Source of the DNA: Oedothorax gibbosus
Taxonomy: Eukaryota
DNA: 64,000 nucleotides
Reading direction: 5' to 3'
Assembly: GCA_019343175.1 (NCBI GenBank)
Contig: CM033278.1
Span: forward strand, 14,993,400 to 15,057,399
In this document: piece by piece, positions 63,061 through 64,000 of the stretch
Layout: each line of letters starts with the position of its first letter
Numbering within the stretch: the first letter of the stretch is position 1
Program-made: the position numbers and the translations under genes
The notes under the pieces: generated by a model
What the model was told of the DNA's origin: nothing
Database searches by the model: none
The model's input: the letters and a program-made list of their open reading frames with translations, nothing else

Positions 63061-64000
63061 TTTTTAAAAATTTATTGCTTAGTTTCGTTTTACGAGTAGG
63101 TTTCGCTTTTGAACACAAATTTTCTCTTGAAAGTATTTTTTTTGTAAAAAATAACAAAATATGTCCACAAAACGAAACTAACTACTTTGTTTGTTCGTAA
63201 AAAAAAGCCGTGTAATGGGTGTTAGGCGTATGGCGATACACAGTTTGTGGATAATATAAAAAAAATTGCCGGGCCTCAAAGGTGTGTAGGCTTTAATGGG
63301 CGATACAAATACTGCCCTTGTTGGATACTGTGATTTTTAAAAAGACTTGACCCCGCGGCGACCCACATAGCGATTGTGTTTAGGTTTTTAGATGGGCCCT
63401 AGTAATAGCGCTACCCAATTTTGATAACTGGTAATGCATTTTGAAAAATCTGGCAATGGTGGAAGCCACATTACGCCAATGTTGGCAAGTTTTTTGGAAA
63501 GCGCGCTAGTATTAGGATTACAACCAATGTTTATACAAGCTTGGTTTTGCCGCTAAGTTCTGCATTGTGCCGAAAACGAGACGCCAAGTTGGCAATTGTA
63601 ATGCGCCAAGGTTAGATTAAATTTAATTCTTTATAAAGTGTTCACTAGTTCCGCTTTTTAAGAAGATACGTATCATTTAGTAAAGTTTTTGTATTTGAAA
63701 AAGATTGAAAACTTTTGTGTTCACAGACCATCAAAAGCTACTAACTACTAATGTTTAATCTCTTTTAAGTGTGAACTAAAATCTATATTTATTCTTCGAT
63801 ATATAAATTGAGCTAATGATAAGTTCAAATTATTAAATTTTAGTTGAAAAATAGTTTGTTTAATTTGGACGTTCAAAAGTGTAACAAAGAAGTAAATGCT
63901 GTATTTGGCGCATTTTGTTAGACACATGAATTTTGTGTGCCAAGCCGTTCAATTTCAAGTGTCAATTTCTGTTACAAACTTGCTTGTTTTGTTTATAAAG

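Overview
The window is AT-rich eukaryotic DNA with GT-AG introns. Protein similarities point to an arthropod, probably an insect: the integrin tail is almost identical to Drosophila betaPS (myospheroid). There is no prokaryotic-style system here (no operons, CRISPR arrays or defense islands); the unusual content is structural and transposon-derived.

Two protein-coding genes are recognisable, both on the + strand:
- An apparently intronless, full-length nucleoporin Nup160 (18430-22602, 1390 aa).
- A 20-exon integrin beta-subunit gene (coding exons 32110-51231, about 820 aa). It has PSI, beta-I ([12 protein letters not shown]), cysteine-rich EGF, beta-tail and TM+NPxY-tail exons. One exon carries an apparent 1-nt frameshift in a GGG run.

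The rest is interspersed repeats:
- A 5'-truncated I/R1-clade non-LTR retrotransposon (RT + RNase H ORF 47107-48759) lies in sense orientation inside an integrin intron. A partially duplicated integrin exon fragment abuts it.
- A non-autonomous hAT-type MITE family with 8-bp TSDs has two copies in integrin introns. A decayed hAT transposase C-terminus is at 13015-13398.
- A modular tRNA-derived SINE family has three copies with two different tRNA-like heads; two are >95% identical and have clean TSDs.
- An unclassified ~1-kb interspersed repeat occurs in three copies.
- Two large foldback-type palindromes stand out. One is about 3.9 kb, with arms built of about 300-bp tandem subrepeats carrying (GACA)-like tracts. 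The other is about 2 kb, with a SINE nested in one arm and a hairpin MITE in the other.
- Several tandem or minisatellite arrays are also present.

Positions ~7980-12830 are extremely homopolymer-rich and contain a degraded copy of the ~1-kb repeat. Together with the integrin frameshift, this suggests local sequence or assembly-quality problems as well as biology.
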